64,000 nucleotides of DNA from Octopus bimaculoides. Taxonomy: Eukaryota. Both the position numbers and the translations under genes were made by a program. This document shows, one piece after another, positions 35,870 through 49,970 of the stretch (position 1 is the stretch's first letter; the number at the start of each line of letters is the position of its first letter). The DNA lies in contig NC_068999.1 of the NCBI RefSeq assembly GCF_001194135.2, positions 18,407,564 to 18,471,563 on the forward strand, read 5' to 3'. The notes under the pieces were generated by a model that was given only the letters and a program-made list of their open reading frames with translations, did no database searches and was not told the origin of the DNA.

Positions 35870-37485
35870 TTTGAAGTTGATTGCAGGCGTTCTTCTCTCA
35901 ATTTGGACCTCACATATTTGAAATCTCAACTTTATTGCTACTGAACCAAATTTCAAATTGTAGCTCAAAATGCGGCTTAGGATGTAACTAATCTAAAAAT
36001 GTATAAACATCATCAAATTTGGTAAAATAATCTGATTTAGCGATAAATTGTAGAAGTGGTCGTTAGTGAGTAAATATTGACCTTAAAAATATTATTTACA
36101 CAGTACTGTGTGTGAAGTATATTTATTTCGATATATATTTATTACAATATAGTGCATTCTATGAATATGAGATAGACCTTTGCAACATACCTAAATACTG
36201 AACTGAATATTTGCAATATTAGTTTTCAATTTTGGCAGAAGGACCTCAAATTCGGAGGGGAAGGAATTTGATTACAATGACCTCAGTGCTCAGCTGATAC
36301 TCATTTTATCGAATACGGTAAACATAAAATGCAAAAACTACCTTAGCAGAATTTGAACTCAGAATATAGAAACAGATGATATGCCTCTAAGCTTTCACCC
36401 TGCGTATTAACTCTGCCAGCTCGTCGTCTTAGTACTGTAATAAGTAATAATATTACTTGAAAATTGTTTTACGTACTTTTGGCTCATTCAGTTTATATAA
36501 TAACTGCTTCATTTGAATATTTTTTTGAAATGATTAGTGCCACGACACTCGATTTATCATATAAGCTACAGAAAATTAAAACCTTTACAAAAGAATCCCC
36601 AAAATGCTTGTTTTGAAATTGCTTTTAGGAGCTACCAAAATTTACAGAACATTTGGCCACAGTTGTTTTAAATAATTTACATATATATATAATTAGCATC
36701 ATGGGATTCCTGTAACTGAGATCTATAAGAAAAGTTGAATTTAAATATAGTTTTCATTTGAAATAAGAATAATATTTGGAATCAAAGTCGATTTCAGGCG
36801 TTAATCTCCTTTCTTTTTCGCCAGCTATTACCTCAGTACTTATTGTGAATATTTTTGCATATAGCTAACATGAATAGCTTCCTGTCGTCGTTATATATCA
36901 TATGAGTCAATAAAAAAAAAACATTGGACTCAAAGTCTATTTCAGATGTTATTCTCCCCATTGTGACCTCCATATGTGACTCAAAATGCTCTTCTACTGA
37001 ACCAATTTTCAAAAGTGTTAGCTCGGAATGTAGCTTATGATGTGTGACGAAGCAAAAATGTAAACAACATTTAATTTGATTAAAAACTGAGTTAGTGACA
37101 ACGCCTAGAATTGGTCGTGCGTTAGTAAATATTTACCTTAAGAATATTATTCATTCACGGTAGTGTATGAATTATATTTTTTGAAAAAGATTAGTACCAC
37201 GGCACCCGTTTTCATGATATCTATCACATGACGTAAAAAAATAAGCTAAAATAGAATATATATTACTTTAAAAAACAAATATTTGGACTCAAAATCAATT
37301 TCAGGCGTTACTCTCCCGTCATTCACTTCACATGCTTTACTGAAACTTTTTCTCAAAGCAATTTTCATATTTCTTACATTAAAATGTAGCTTAGGATGTG
37401 ACCAATCTAAAAATGTAAACACCATCTCAATTGGTTAAACACTGAGTTAGTTATAAATGTTGTCCTAAAGAATATTATTCACGCA
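35870..37485 (+). repeat. Local family of diverged ~230-bp direct repeats (3 full copies plus 1 partial)
   Basis: Shared TTGGACTCAAAGTCnATTTCAGGCGTTA...AAATGTAGCTTAGGATGT...CTAAAAATGTAAACA...CTGAGTTAG...AATATTATT at ~35870-36100, 36775-36815 (partial), 36924-37155 and 37282-37485. Confidence 0.8.
36221..36430 (-). mobile_element. SINE family B copy, degraded
   Basis: TTTTCAATTTTGGCA...GCAGAATTTGAACTCAGAATATAG...CTCTGCCAGCTCGTCGTCT. Confidence 0.7.
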
Positions 37486-38560
37486 CAACGAGGGTAAATG
37501 ATACAAGAAAATCATTCACACAGTGATTTATTTTAAAACACGAGACAAGGCAATATCTTCATTTTAAGGATGAGGGAAATTAATGGATTGGCATTTTGAA
37601 TTGTTTGAAAATATACGGCGCATTAATGCGATTGTTTTCTCTCTTGAATAAACTCCAAATATCTTAGACATTTACGAAAACAGAAATCTTTTTTGCTAGA
37701 GAACATCATTACAAATTTCATTATGAGTATATGACAAAAATTCAGCTAACAATTCGGAATTACAAAAACCAAAGCAAAAATAATTAAAGTTAATTTATAG
37801 ATCAAACATCAAGCACCAATATTTGCTTTAAACATTCCCTACTGATTATTATATTATCAAATACCATCATATGATCTCCAAGTACGATTCATTTTGAATA
37901 TATGATGTATTTCCTTTCTTTATTTGGTGGTATATTAAACTATAAATTATTCTCAATGGTATTTATTTCACAACAGTCCCATATAAAATCCGCGCAGTTG
38001 TTATTTAAATAATTCTGAGAAAATATACTTACATTGTGTGGCTAGAAGTACAAGGAATTCATAAATATCTCAAACAATAGTGACCTGAGCTTAGAACTGT
38101 GCGCAGAATGACCTGTGAAGTAAGGTATAACGTATGATTTTTGGAACAAGCAATGGGAATATATACATATGACCATTATTGATTATTAATACATTTTGAT
38201 ACACTATTTTATTAGGTGATAGTTGAATGGTGCTTTCTAATATAGTGTAAGAATAATATCCTACATTTATTGATATATTCTTTAATTAAACATCATGGAC
38301 TAACCTTCTTTGATTAATGAGTTCTATTGCACAAGAAATATATATTCTGAAAATCTGGGATTTCAAAGAATACCAAAGTTGACTTTACATTTAGCATTCT
38401 TTAATATATAATAGAAAATGAATAAGGCATGGTATTCATAGAATTTATAAAAGTAAACCATAAGGAGGACACCATTTTGTACTATTCTAAAGATACTGCC
38501 GTACGAAGAATGAGAATAATCTATGATACGATATCCATTACTAATATGATNNNNNNNNNN

Positions 38561-38785
38561 GTGTGTGTGTGTATGTGTGTATGTATGCGTGTGTATGATG
38601 TGTGTCTGCGTTTATCTGCCACCATCGCTCTTGACAACCGATGTTGGCGTGGTCATGGCCCCTCCGCCTAACTTAGTGTTTCTGCAAATGTAACCGATAG
38701 AAAAATTACTAGCGTTACAAAGAATAATTCCTGGGTCCGATTTGTTCGACTAAAGGCGGTGCTCCAGCATGGGCGTAGTCAAATT
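38561..38785 (+). mobile_element. SINE family A, 3' half (5' side lost in a gap)
   Basis: CCACCATCGCTCTTGACAACCGATG...CTAAAGGCGGTGCTCCAGCATGG. Confidence 0.8.
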
Positions 38786-38795
38786 ACATATATAT

Positions 38796-39337
38796 AAGCG
38801 TAGTATTGGCTGTGTGGTAAGTAGCTTGCTAACGAACCACATGGTTCCGGGTTCAACTTGAGTGTCTTCTACTATAGCTTCGGACCGACTAAAGTCTTGT
38901 GAGTGGAATTGGTANNNNNNNNNNNNNNNNNNNNNNNNNNNNNNNNNNNNNNNNNNNNNNNNNNNNNNNNNNNNNNNNNNNNNNNNNNNNNNNNNNNNNN
39001 NNNNNNNNNNNNNNNNNNNNNNNNNNNNNNNNNNNNNNNNNNNNNNNNNNNNNNNNNNNNNNNNNNNNNNNNNNNNNNNNNNNNNNNNNNNNNNNNNNNN
39101 NNNNNNNNNNNNNNNNNNNNNNNNNNNNNNNNNNNNNNNNNNNNNNNNNNNNNNNNNNNNNNNNNNNNNNNNNNNNNNNNNNNNNNNNNNNNNNNNNNNN
39201 NNNNNNNNNNNNNNNNNNNNNNNNNNNNNNNNNNNNNNNNNNNNNNNNNNNNNNNNNNNNNNNNNNNNNNNNNNNNNNNNNNNNNNNNNNNNNNNNNNNN
39301 NNNNNNNNNNNNNNNNNNNNNNNNNNNNNNNNNNNNN

Positions 39338-39373
<36 letters not shown>

Positions 39374-39568
39374 TGTGTGTCTATGTTTGTCACCCGACAT
39401 CACTCGACAACCGATGCTGGGGTGTTTACGTCCCCATAATTAGTGGTTCGGCAAAACAGACAGATAGAATAAGTACTAGGCATACAGAAATAATTCCTGG
39501 GGTAGATTTGCTCGACTAAAGGTGTTGCTCCAGCATGGCCACAGTAAAATGACTGAAACATGTAACAG
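38796..39568 (+). mobile_element. SINE family A, full length; internal microsatellite spans a 423-nt N gap
   Basis: Head GGCTGTGTGGTAAGTAGCTTGC...CACATGGTTCCGGGTTCA, then N gap and (GT)n, then tail CTCCAGCATGGCCACAGTAAAATGACTGAAAC. Head-to-tail with the preceding copy. Confidence 0.85.
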
Positions 39569-39569
39569 A

Positions 39570-39626
<57 letters not shown>

Positions 39627-39697
39627 CCGAGACAGAGAGCGAGAGACAGACAGACAGACAGACAGATATTTGATAGATACATAGATTGATAGATAGG

Positions 39698-39749
<52 letters not shown>

Positions 39750-39760
39750 GAGATAGATGT
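39570..39760. repeat. Compound (CT)(TA)(GA)(GACA)(GATA) microsatellite
   Basis: Direct reading. Confidence 0.95.
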
Positions 39761-41019
39761 TACTGAAAATGTAATTTAATCATCTATTTGAAGAGGGAAA
39801 TGAAATAGGTTAGCATTCTAGCGAGGCAACAATATAAGTATGGAATGAATTTTAATGAAATGTAAGTAAGGACGCGACACTGATTAACTCTTTAATTGTT
39901 ATATATCTAAAGAAACCATTGTAGCAAGTAATTTTACTCCCGTGTACGTTGTTGAGGAAATATATATGCAACATCAAATAAAGAAAAAAATCTTGGCTAC
40001 TGCAAAGTTTAATATACACATAAACGGGTTGATGCTGGCAGGGAAAATATAAATATTTCTATCAATTTGTTATAAAGTTGTCAACTATATTATTTATCCT
40101 AATAAAAAACATACGCGTTGAGATTTTGTACTCGGTGATTATGATAAAATTATTGAAGCTATACTACACTTCTATATTACATACACACGTAAATACAGTA
40201 GTAATCTCCGTAAATGTAGTGCATGATTGCACATCCAATCATATACCAAATAGGACACCACATTTCAATCTAAACAGTATTTGTAGAATTTAAAAAAGTT
40301 ACACAGCGGAACTGTAAAGATTCATTGCCTGGAATTTATTAGTTCATCATTGCTAGACAACATACAGTCAAAAGATTGTTACACAGTCATAGAACAACTT
40401 ATACCCGAATATAAAACTACACACAAGCAAACACGCACACACACATCCTAATCTTTTTATGCACACTTTCGTCGGCTGCGTTTTACGCAACTCGTCTAGT
40501 GTGGCTGCAAAATAGGTTGTAAACAATAAAGGTCACAGGGACCATTACACCACGGTACAAGTTCCAAGTTAAAGATTGTAGATCAGATTATGTCTCACGT
40601 TTCATCATTGGGAATACTGGTCAATTTTTAAAATATATATCATTTTTTAACTATCTGTCTGGGGCGTCACCACTTTCCCAGGACTTTTCAGAGAAAACCT
40701 TTATCACCACTATAAAAGTAATTACTAACCAACGATCCTTGTTCTGCTCTTTGGCGATCTTCTGTATTTTCAGTGCAGCGAATAAATCTATTTTCCAGCG
40801 ACAACACCTCATGTCCTGCATGAAAACCTGAGAACATCGTTTTTTATGACGTGTCTTTATTTAGGACTGTGCTTTGATATCACTCTTTTACCAATACATC
40901 CATACAACGGTTAATGTTCTTTCCTAATACCGATATCACCTCTTTGTCAAATAGCTATAAAGAGAGCGGTGTAATATAAAAGGATTAGACTCATTTCACT
41001 CCCACTAACAGATCAAAGG

Positions 41020-41360
41020 GTAGGACGAGCCGCACCCAAAACCAACAAAAGAGGATGTATTATTTTAGTTGCAAGGAATTTTGTTATCAAGCAGATGTAG
41101 GACCTGGTGCCAACGACTAAAGTCGTCCGCACACTGCTCGTTCTAAGGAACCTCCACACACAGCCTGAAAACATTTTGTTTAAACATGGTAACATGGACA
41201 TAGAAGAAATTTCCGGAAATGAAACGACCAGGATCAACATTTCTAAGAACAGAGACGCTAGTAAAACTCCAAACAACAAAGAACAATGTTGTCATGTCTG
41301 CAATCGGATTTGAAAATCCCCGATAGGTTTAAATTCACTCATGAGGCGACACAACAAACC
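41020..41360 (+). mobile_element. Probable RTE-like LINE C-terminal relic with C2H2 zinc finger
   Basis: CHVCNRI*KSPIGLNSLMRRH resembles the C-terminal CxxC...H...H finger of RTE-type ORF2 (CxxCxRxCxSxIGLxSHxRxH). Upstream homology is weak. Confidence 0.5.
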
Positions 41361-42040
41361 ATTGAATGAAAAATAATCCCCAGATCCATCTTGCAGAAAC
41401 CTAATTCGTCGAAGAGTCATGAATGTCCAGCATATGTCTTTAAACACAACTTATAATCACACCACACTGAAACAAGAAGTATAATCTAAAAGTTCGATTA
41501 ATATGAAACTAGAAAACATACGCAACATGAAGAAACGAATGTAGAACAGCCTTTAATACTACAATAAACTATACTTAATATACAGAAATGTTATAGGTAC
41601 AACACTCTGAAAAACATAAACATCATAACATATACTGTAATTACGCTGCAAATTAAAAGAAAACTATATACTAAATATAAACGAAAGCCGGAAATTTACT
41701 CAAACATATTCAGTTCTACATAGTTAAGCATGTCCAAAATTTGTTTAGAATGACTACAGCAGTAAAACCTCTGGGAAATCGTAAATATTTCAAAATGTCT
41801 TTAGTCCGTCACTGAAAAATAGGTTTTAATATTAGATTCTACATTTCATCTGATAAAGTGACAGATAATTTCCGTTTGACTTTAGAAGCCAGTTCTTCAC
41901 TGAAGGGGCAACATTACTGGTTGAAATGTATTAATTTCTTGGTTTTATTTTCTTTAGGCACACGCATGTATGCATACGTAAGTGTGAGTGTGTGTGTGTG
42001 TGTGTGTGAGCGTGCGTGAATGTGTGAGTTTGTTATACTG

Positions 42041-42285
42041 TGGAGGCATGTGTCTTACTAGTTAGGGTGTTGCTATCGAGAACGTAAACTTTTGGTTTCG
42101 ATTCTTGGATCGAATTATACGTTATATTCTTAACCAAAACGCACACTTTATTCCATGTTGCTCCAGCCCACTCAACAGACAATACTTAATGTTCTTGCGA
42201 TGGCACGGCGTCGTCCCGTGCAGTGGAGGGATGTCATATACGCCATAGATGACCGAGAACAGTTTTATATATAGCTCGAGAAGGA
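42041..42285 (+). mobile_element. SINE family D (tRNA-derived), degraded
   Basis: Head TGGAGGCATGTGTCTTACTAGTTAGGG...GGTTTCGATTCTTGG resembles the family C head; the body differs (TTGCTCCAGCCCACTCA...GCTCGAGAAGGA). Confidence 0.62.
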
Positions 42286-44470
42286 TATTTGACATTAATT
42301 TGTATGATATACACATTTGGGTTTGCGCCCCATGCAATTTTACTCACAAGATTCGAATGCATTATTATATTCAGTATAAATCATAAATTCTAACAGCGAT
42401 TGGATTAGGGAAAGCGAAGGGGCATTTAATTAAGTCTTGCGTTTAAATTTATCACTTTAGCATTTGGGTTCACCTCTCACAAACATCAAATTTGCTATCC
42501 GTTCGACATATGTCGGTAAAGTAAATGTCCTGATCGATAATTATATGATATAACAACCCAACCCTCTAGAAATACACATGCAAATAAAAAAATAAGAAAT
42601 CTGAAGCTATGTATTTGTGTCAGAAATCAATTCTGATTGCGTGAATGCCGAATTAGATGTATACCATATATAAAAGGCACGATGTTATGTTCAAGACACA
42701 CGCAGTATAATAACTGTAATACTTTAATTTGACATAAATCTGCAGACAGAATTCCAGCTGCTTTTCATCCATACGCAAAATGTATCCTTTAGAGGTTTTC
42801 AGTGCATAGGACATTCTATACGTTTGATATTTAAATTAAATGTCATCTAATAATCCAAATATATCTCATTATGTGTTATCCGGTAGATTGTAAGAACTTA
42901 TATATTTCAACCGAATTTTACGTCCTTAATTACTGTATATTGTTAAATTTACCTTTATGAGAAACTATGTTTTTACGGAGATGATTCAACTCATCTGGCT
43001 CAGTTGTTACTGAAATACTTTTGAATTAATTCGAAAATCGTTGTCGTTTCATTTTCTATTATATTTGTATACCATCTATGACCATTATTTTTCTCCCAAA
43101 AGTGAATAAGTAATAACATTTCCATCGGTTATCAACAACTCGTACTTATCACTTAACTTGCATTTTATTGCTGAAGGAAGTCTCCTGGTTGGGCAATAGC
43201 ATCCTACTAAAAATTTAATGCGCAGCATTCCTGCTTGGTTCAGTATTTTATGTGCTCTGCCTTGTCAATAATAATTCTTCATTGCTTGATTTCTAAACTC
43301 GGCATACTTGCCACAAACTTACTCCTTATCATTTGGGAAGCACGAAAGCTGGTTTTAAATCACTCTCTAGGCATTTTAATGGGTGTTAAACTGATCTAAA
43401 TATCTCCTTATCGAAAAAAAAGACATATTTGAACATTTATTCAGCAAATTATTCCACTAATTAATTTTAAGTCTAGATAATACTGGAGAAGTTTTGTCTG
43501 TGTTAAATATAAAAACAAATCTCAGATTTCCTATTCTATTTACAGCTACCGATCCTGAATTAGAGCTCCTCTGGAAAATATGTTGGCTCTGACTTAACGT
43601 CTATCCTGCAAATGTCGGCTTGAGATATGATTTATGTAGCATTATATCGTGTTGATCGTGAGTTCATATGATAGCAGATTTACTGTAATGGCAAACGTTT
43701 GCTTACCACATTTACAAAAGCTCGTTTTAATTAATACAATGAATTCCTTATTATTAAATTGAATTCTATATTTAACTAAAATCTATATGCTAAATGAGTA
43801 ATCTTTTCTCATACTTTGCACTTTTTTGAAGAATGTACTTCTATTAAATTGAAATCACCCAGCAAAATAACTTTAATATACTTTATGCATTACATAATAT
43901 ATTTCCCTGTAACATTTTTCAGCTTCAGTGACTGTCTCAATTATAGGAACATACGTATTAATGAGTGTGGTACAATGCAAGTGATAGTTGCAGGAGATAA
44001 TTATTTGCGAAGAATAATGAAGCAATCCAATGATTTGAGGAAGTAGTTCATATAACAGTGTCAATCAGATCAATGTGAACACCAACATCTACTTCATATA
44101 GGAACCGTTTAATTTATTCCAGTGTTTAATTTTTGTTTTCTATAAAATGTGTAACTAGAGATAATTCAATTTAGCATCTCATCATTCGATAGTTTTGTAA
44201 TGCTCACTGTTGTTATATTGGTAACAAACTGCTAAGTTACCTAAGAGACGAACGTGTATTTATTTTCGATTTCGCACATGGTAAGTGCTGCGGCGAGTCA
44301 TTGACATCCGGGGGATTGGAAGGATGGATTAGCCGAACTCTTATGAAGACTAGGGGTCGGTAGGAATCGAGAGAGAGTCTCACCTCGTAATTTTTGGGTC
44401 TTGGTGTTGATATCTTTAAAAGGATTTTGAAGATAACCAGAACGAAGAAAGTCAGCTGAGTGACAACAGC

Positions 44471-44625
44471 TTAGAGATGACGATGCAATTTGAGTTAAAG
44501 ACCTATACAGAATTGTTGAAAAGATTCGTCTACACGTTAAGAGTGGTGGTAGAAGGAAGACCTCTAACATGTTTTCTGTGTAAATAAAGAGGGCACATAA
44601 AAGCAAGGTTCCCTCAGAAAGAAAG
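44471..44625 (+). mobile_element. LINE ORF1/gag-like zinc-knuckle relic
   Basis: LRVVVEGRPLTCFLCK*RGHIKARFPQK, a decayed CX2CX4HX4C knuckle in the VVEGRP context typical of LINE ORF1 proteins. Confidence 0.6.
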
Positions 44626-45804
44626 TAAAGTATACGAACAACAACACGAAGGACAACCCCCACCCGAAGAGGAGGGGCTGGAAAAAGGAAAATAAAGGGG
44701 TGCCATTTTCTGTCTGATGTGGACCCCATAGGGCTTGAAGTGGGTGTGATACCCTGCCTCCAGTAACTGAATACAGAGAAGTGAAAGCACTAAAAGTGAG
44801 TGATGGCTATTTTAAGGTGAAAACATTTTAGATAAACTAAGATTTAAAAATGTATTACATGTAACTGCTCGAGTGCGGAGCTCGAGTAGCCATTGCATCC
44901 TCACATACACATAATATCATCCCATCAATTCATCCGTCTTATTTTCCGCTTCCCCGCTTCATGTTTTGTCTGTCCTTGTAACGTCCCCCTCCGTGTTGCG
45001 CCCCCAGTGGTTAACAAAATAAATAATAGCGTTTTGGTAGTCTCGCGAAGAACGTCGGGTGAACATATTGATTCAACATCCTCTACCTGATTTTATATAT
45101 ACCAACTTGTTGCAGGATATAAAAGTAAGCATGATGATATAAGTTCAGACGTAGAAGATTCTATAATCAAGGCATTGTATATTTTCCTCAGTAAATACAC
45201 GATTAACGTACGTGGTGTAGTCTATTCAACTGGTGTAAAAGGGAATACGAATGAGAGAATAATAACTATAGCGATGAGAACGACGGTTATGATGGTAAAG
45301 GGGAGGCTGGTAATTGTGGAGGCGGTGACAGTGACGGAATGATGATGATGGTGATTATTATAAAGGAAAGAAATGCATTGAGAAATATAGGACGAGATAA
45401 TTTGTTTGTAAAAAAAAAATTACCCTATTTGAAATTGTATATCATAAAAAGTAAAAAAAATGAAGGAATAATTATACTGATTAAACAGCAATTAAGAATG
45501 AATATTATCCTCATTATAATCATGAAAATAAAATCTCAATCGAGACATTCGCAGCTGAACGTTGTGTAAGAACTTTAAATACAGACTACAGTTACTTATT
45601 TCGAGATAAATTCTGATTTTCTTGGAATAACTCCAGTAGACAAATACTGAAATTTACTGCAGCGTATATATTTAACAAGAAAGTTTTTATCATATACTTA
45701 CAAAAACCAGAAACAATATCCGAGTAATTTATATACTGCACAACAAATTTTCAACTACATATTATTTAATGTAATTATAAATCATATAAGTCATTTTCAT
45801 TGCA

Positions 45805-45850
<46 letters not shown>

Positions 45851-46326
45851 CATACATACATGCAGTTCTTCAATATATATATGGGAAAAGTCAAGGTAGA
45901 ATATGCTTAAATAATTTGAGAAAAAAAAAACATTGCAGTACCGGTTTCGCTCATTAAGGCATTTTCAACTGTAAATATGGAAAACAATTCAATTTTGGAA
46001 TAATTCGATGCATACTATTAATATAAATATACATTCAGACACATAGATAAGTAAACCTCAAATGTAGGAGAGTAACCTCCACAGTTAATGGAACTCTATA
46101 CCGCCCTGTATGCACGTTTCTATGTATGTATATATGTACGTATGTGTGTTTGTATGTATATCTTACACTGAAAATGAGAATATGTCTCGTGACATTAGTA
46201 TCACGCTATCGAGATTTTTAGAGGACCGGGCATCACCACTCAGAATTCAACCGGTACCCCTTTCAGTATATGTAGATATAGGTATATGTATATATATATA
46301 TGTGTGTGTATATATATATATACATA

Positions 46327-46375
<49 letters not shown>

Positions 46376-46405
46376 TTATATATATAATGCATATATATAT
46401 ACATA

Positions 46406-46441
<36 letters not shown>

Positions 46442-47366
46442 NNNNNNNNNNNNNNNNNNNNNNNNNNNNNNNNNNNNNNNNNNNNNNNNNNNNNNNNNNN
46501 NNNNNNNNNNNNNNNNNNNNNNNNNNNNNNNNNNNNNNNNNNNNNNNNNNNNNNNNNNNNNNNNNNNNNNNNNNNNNNNNNNNNNNNNNNNNNNNNNNNN
46601 NNNNNNNNNNNNNNNNNNNNNNNNNNNNNNNNNNNNNNNNNNNNNNNNNNNNNNNNNNNNNNNNNNNNNNNNNNNNNNNNNNNNNNNNNNNNNNNNNNNN
46701 NNNNNNNNNNNNNNNNNNNNNNNNNNNNNNNNNNNNNNNNNNNNNNNNNNNNNNNNNNNNNNNNNNNNNNNNNNNNNNNNNNNNNNNNNNNNNNNNNNNN
46801 NNNNNNNNNNNNNNNNNNNNNNNNNNNNNNNNNNNNNNNNNNNNNNNNNNNNNNNNNNNNNNNNNNNNNNNNNNNNNNNNNNNNNNNNNNNNNNNNNNNN
46901 NNNNNNNNNNNNNNNNNNNNNNNNNNNNNNNNNNNNNNNNNNNNNNNNNNNNNNNNNNATATATAGGTGCGAATGTTGTTAAACGGTGTCGAATTTTACA
47001 ATTCTGTAAATAATAATAATGGTATTTTTTTATAATCTTAAAGCTAATATCGATCACTGTGCTAATGACGAGGGCAAATAATCTAATAATGGGGCACATA
47101 ATCCCTTGACTGACAAAGTTGTCTTCCCCTTCAGTATTTTTTCCATCGAGGTCTTATATGTCCTATTTTTAGATTATTTTCCTTAGTCACTTACACGGTG
47201 ATCGCTATAAGTACTTAGCTTATAGAATGAATACCCTTATTATTATTTAGAGAATTATAAAACTCAATATTGCTTTAAAAAAAACTATCCGCACCGAAAG
47301 CAGTTAACATTTGCTTACAAAAACAACTTCGAATATATTTCTTTAATTTGACGGAAAGGGCAGGCT

Positions 47367-47439
47367 GTTTCGCTGGTATAATCGGTAACATACTTACTGG
47401 GGTTAACAAAGGGATGTGGGTTCGGGTCCCACGTTTACG
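47367..47439 (+). pseudogene. tRNA-Asn(GTT)-like pseudogene or SINE head
   Basis: 73 nt. D-stem GTAT/ATAC with AATCGGT loop, GTTAAC anticodon region, T-arm GTGGG-TTCGGGT-CCCAC, T8 run at 47451-47458. Acceptor and anticodon stems are mispaired, so it is not an intact tRNA. Confidence 0.65.
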
Positions 47440-49970
47440 GGAAGGCCTACTTTTTTTTCTGTCGAGGGCTTATATGCCTCATAATTAGACTATTTTCCAT
47501 TGCCATTGCATGGTTCATCGCAATAAGCTTATAGAAAATGTTATTAGTATTAACACTTATGTAAGCCGTTGGTCGTGGGGCACGTGTGTTATTTCATTGG
47601 TTGTACATTTTACCGAAGATTTGGTGTCATATGTAATTCACAATATAGAAGGATGTTATTAATTTTGTTTCACTGGTGGAAGACGTATTTGTTTGATCGT
47701 ATTTTTATAATGTGATATTTCTGTGTATTAATTGCTTAAGTCAATATATGTACAAGAAATGCCAAAAACATACGACCATAAGTAACTCGCCTCGCTAATC
47801 TGCACGCCAACCTGACCATATTTATTGCATTCAGCTATTCATTAAATATTTTCATTCACTGATATAAACACATATCTATGAAAATTTCCAAAGAATTTTT
47901 TCTTATCTTTCAATAACTGATCAGCACTCAAATTTATGCAGTGCATATGTATATATGTATGTAGATAAGAAATCTAACATGAGCTCTTTGGGGTATATGT
48001 CTGTAATGCATATTGTGTATATAATACAGAGCCACAACTTTGATTAGATTTTCAAAGGCAGTGAAGTTTCGTACTTCAAATCGTAGATTATGAATTGTTA
48101 CCATTGTTTACATGGAGGGATATTTTCTCCACTAATATGGAAAAAGGTTTGCCATTGACATTATGTTATCTAATTTTCATGTGATACAAAGTGTCGCATT
48201 TTCTGTCACGTTACTTATATCCCGCTACATCTATTATAATCAAAGGTGTATGGAAGTTTTACTCGCATCTCTGTTTAAGTCTCTATGCCATAATGGAAGT
48301 ATTTTCTTTCTTTCCTCTGAAGAATATAAGGAGCGTATAGCGTTCCTTGAATTCATTTCCCATCATCCAACGTATTTTTTTTTTACCTTCGAAATGCAAC
48401 ATCCTAATATTTGAAAATAACTGCATTGGAGGATAGTTTAGAAACACGAGGGCCAACGCTATAGTGTAAATCACAATGGTTAGACACTCTGTTAATGTAG
48501 GAGTTGTTTGGATATGATTTATGTCACTATAAATTTGCTTATAACGTCTGGAAAATTAACGTAGTTAACGGAAGTATTAATTGAAATTGATAGGGAGAGT
48601 TAACTAAATAGAAGAACATTAGTTGTCTCCTTACTTCCCAGTTAAAGTGTCGAGCACATATTTCCACTATTTTTGCTTGCGTATGTATGTACATTGAGTG
48701 AGAGTGAGAAGGAGCGATGAAATGCATGTGTGTAAACATATATATATATACACACATATATATATATGTACATATGTAGTCATATATATATATATATATA
48801 TATANNNNNNNNNNNNNNNNNNNNNNNNNNNNNNNNNNNNNNNNNNNNNNNNNNNNNNNNNNNNNNNNNNNNNNNNNNNNNNNNNNNNNNNNNNNNNNNN
48901 NNNNNNNNNNNNNNNNNNNNNNNNNNNNNNNNNNNNNNNNNNNNNNNNNNNNNNNNNNNNNNNNNNNNNNNNNNNNNNNNNNNNNNNNNNNNNNNNNNNN
49001 NNNNNNNNNNNNNNNNNNNNNNNNNNNNNNNNNNNNNNNNNNNNNNNNNNNNNNNNNNNNNNNNNNNNNNNNNNNNNNNNNNNNNNNNNNNNNNNNNNNN
49101 NNNNNNNNNNNNNNNNNNNNNNNNNNNNNNNNNNNNNNNNNNNNNNNNNNNNNNNNNNNNNNNNNNNNNNNNNNNNNNNNNNNNNNNNNNNNNNNNNNNN
49201 NNNNNNNNNNNNNNNNNNNNNNNNNNNNNNNNNNNNNNNNNNNNNNNNNNNNNNNNNNNNNNNNNNNNNNNNNNNNNNNNNNNNNNNNNNNNNNNNNNNN
49301 NNNNNNNNNNNNNNNNNNNNNNNNNNNNNNNNNNNNNNNNNNNNNNNNNNNNNNNNNNNNNNNNNNNNNNNNNNNNNNNNNNNNNNNNNNNNNNNNNNNN
49401 NNNNNNNNNNNNNNNNNNNNNNNNNNNNNNNNNNNNTATATACCTACATATGAGTAGATATACAGTTATCACGAATCGTAAGATGTTATACATTTACAGT
49501 AATATAATTTCTGATATTTGAAATGCAGTCAATACGTATGTTTAAAATGATTATGTTTGAAACATGCGATTCATTTGTTGATTCAAAAGTGTATTACATG
49601 TGCATTCAGGGCGTCGTGATTGTCATTATATTTAGCAGACTGGAAAACAATGTCACATAATTCCATGCAAAGAATCATGCAGAAGAATAGCGAAAGAAGT
49701 ACAGTAGTTTTAGCAGTGTGATTGCCTTAGATGTATGAAAACAATTACGAAGCTGTGCTGTTATTAAATTTCCACATCATATGCTGTAACAGATATTCAT
49801 CTTTTCACATTTTCTATCTAATATAGATTCTATTATGCAGTATTTATATATATATAATATTATGACAAAGTTAAATGACAAGGAGAGAACGTTAACATTG
49901 TTATGATATCCAAAGCATACTATTAAAAGCACTACCAACACCACGGTTAACAACATTAATAACAATCTTG

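Noticed and set aside
43150-43330. Possible RTE thumb relic on the minus strand (SNEELL...)
   Set aside because: Too degenerate to support by eye.
44298-44729. 143-aa minus-strand ORF
   Set aside because: Antisense to the LINE ORF1 zinc-knuckle relic; no independent evidence.
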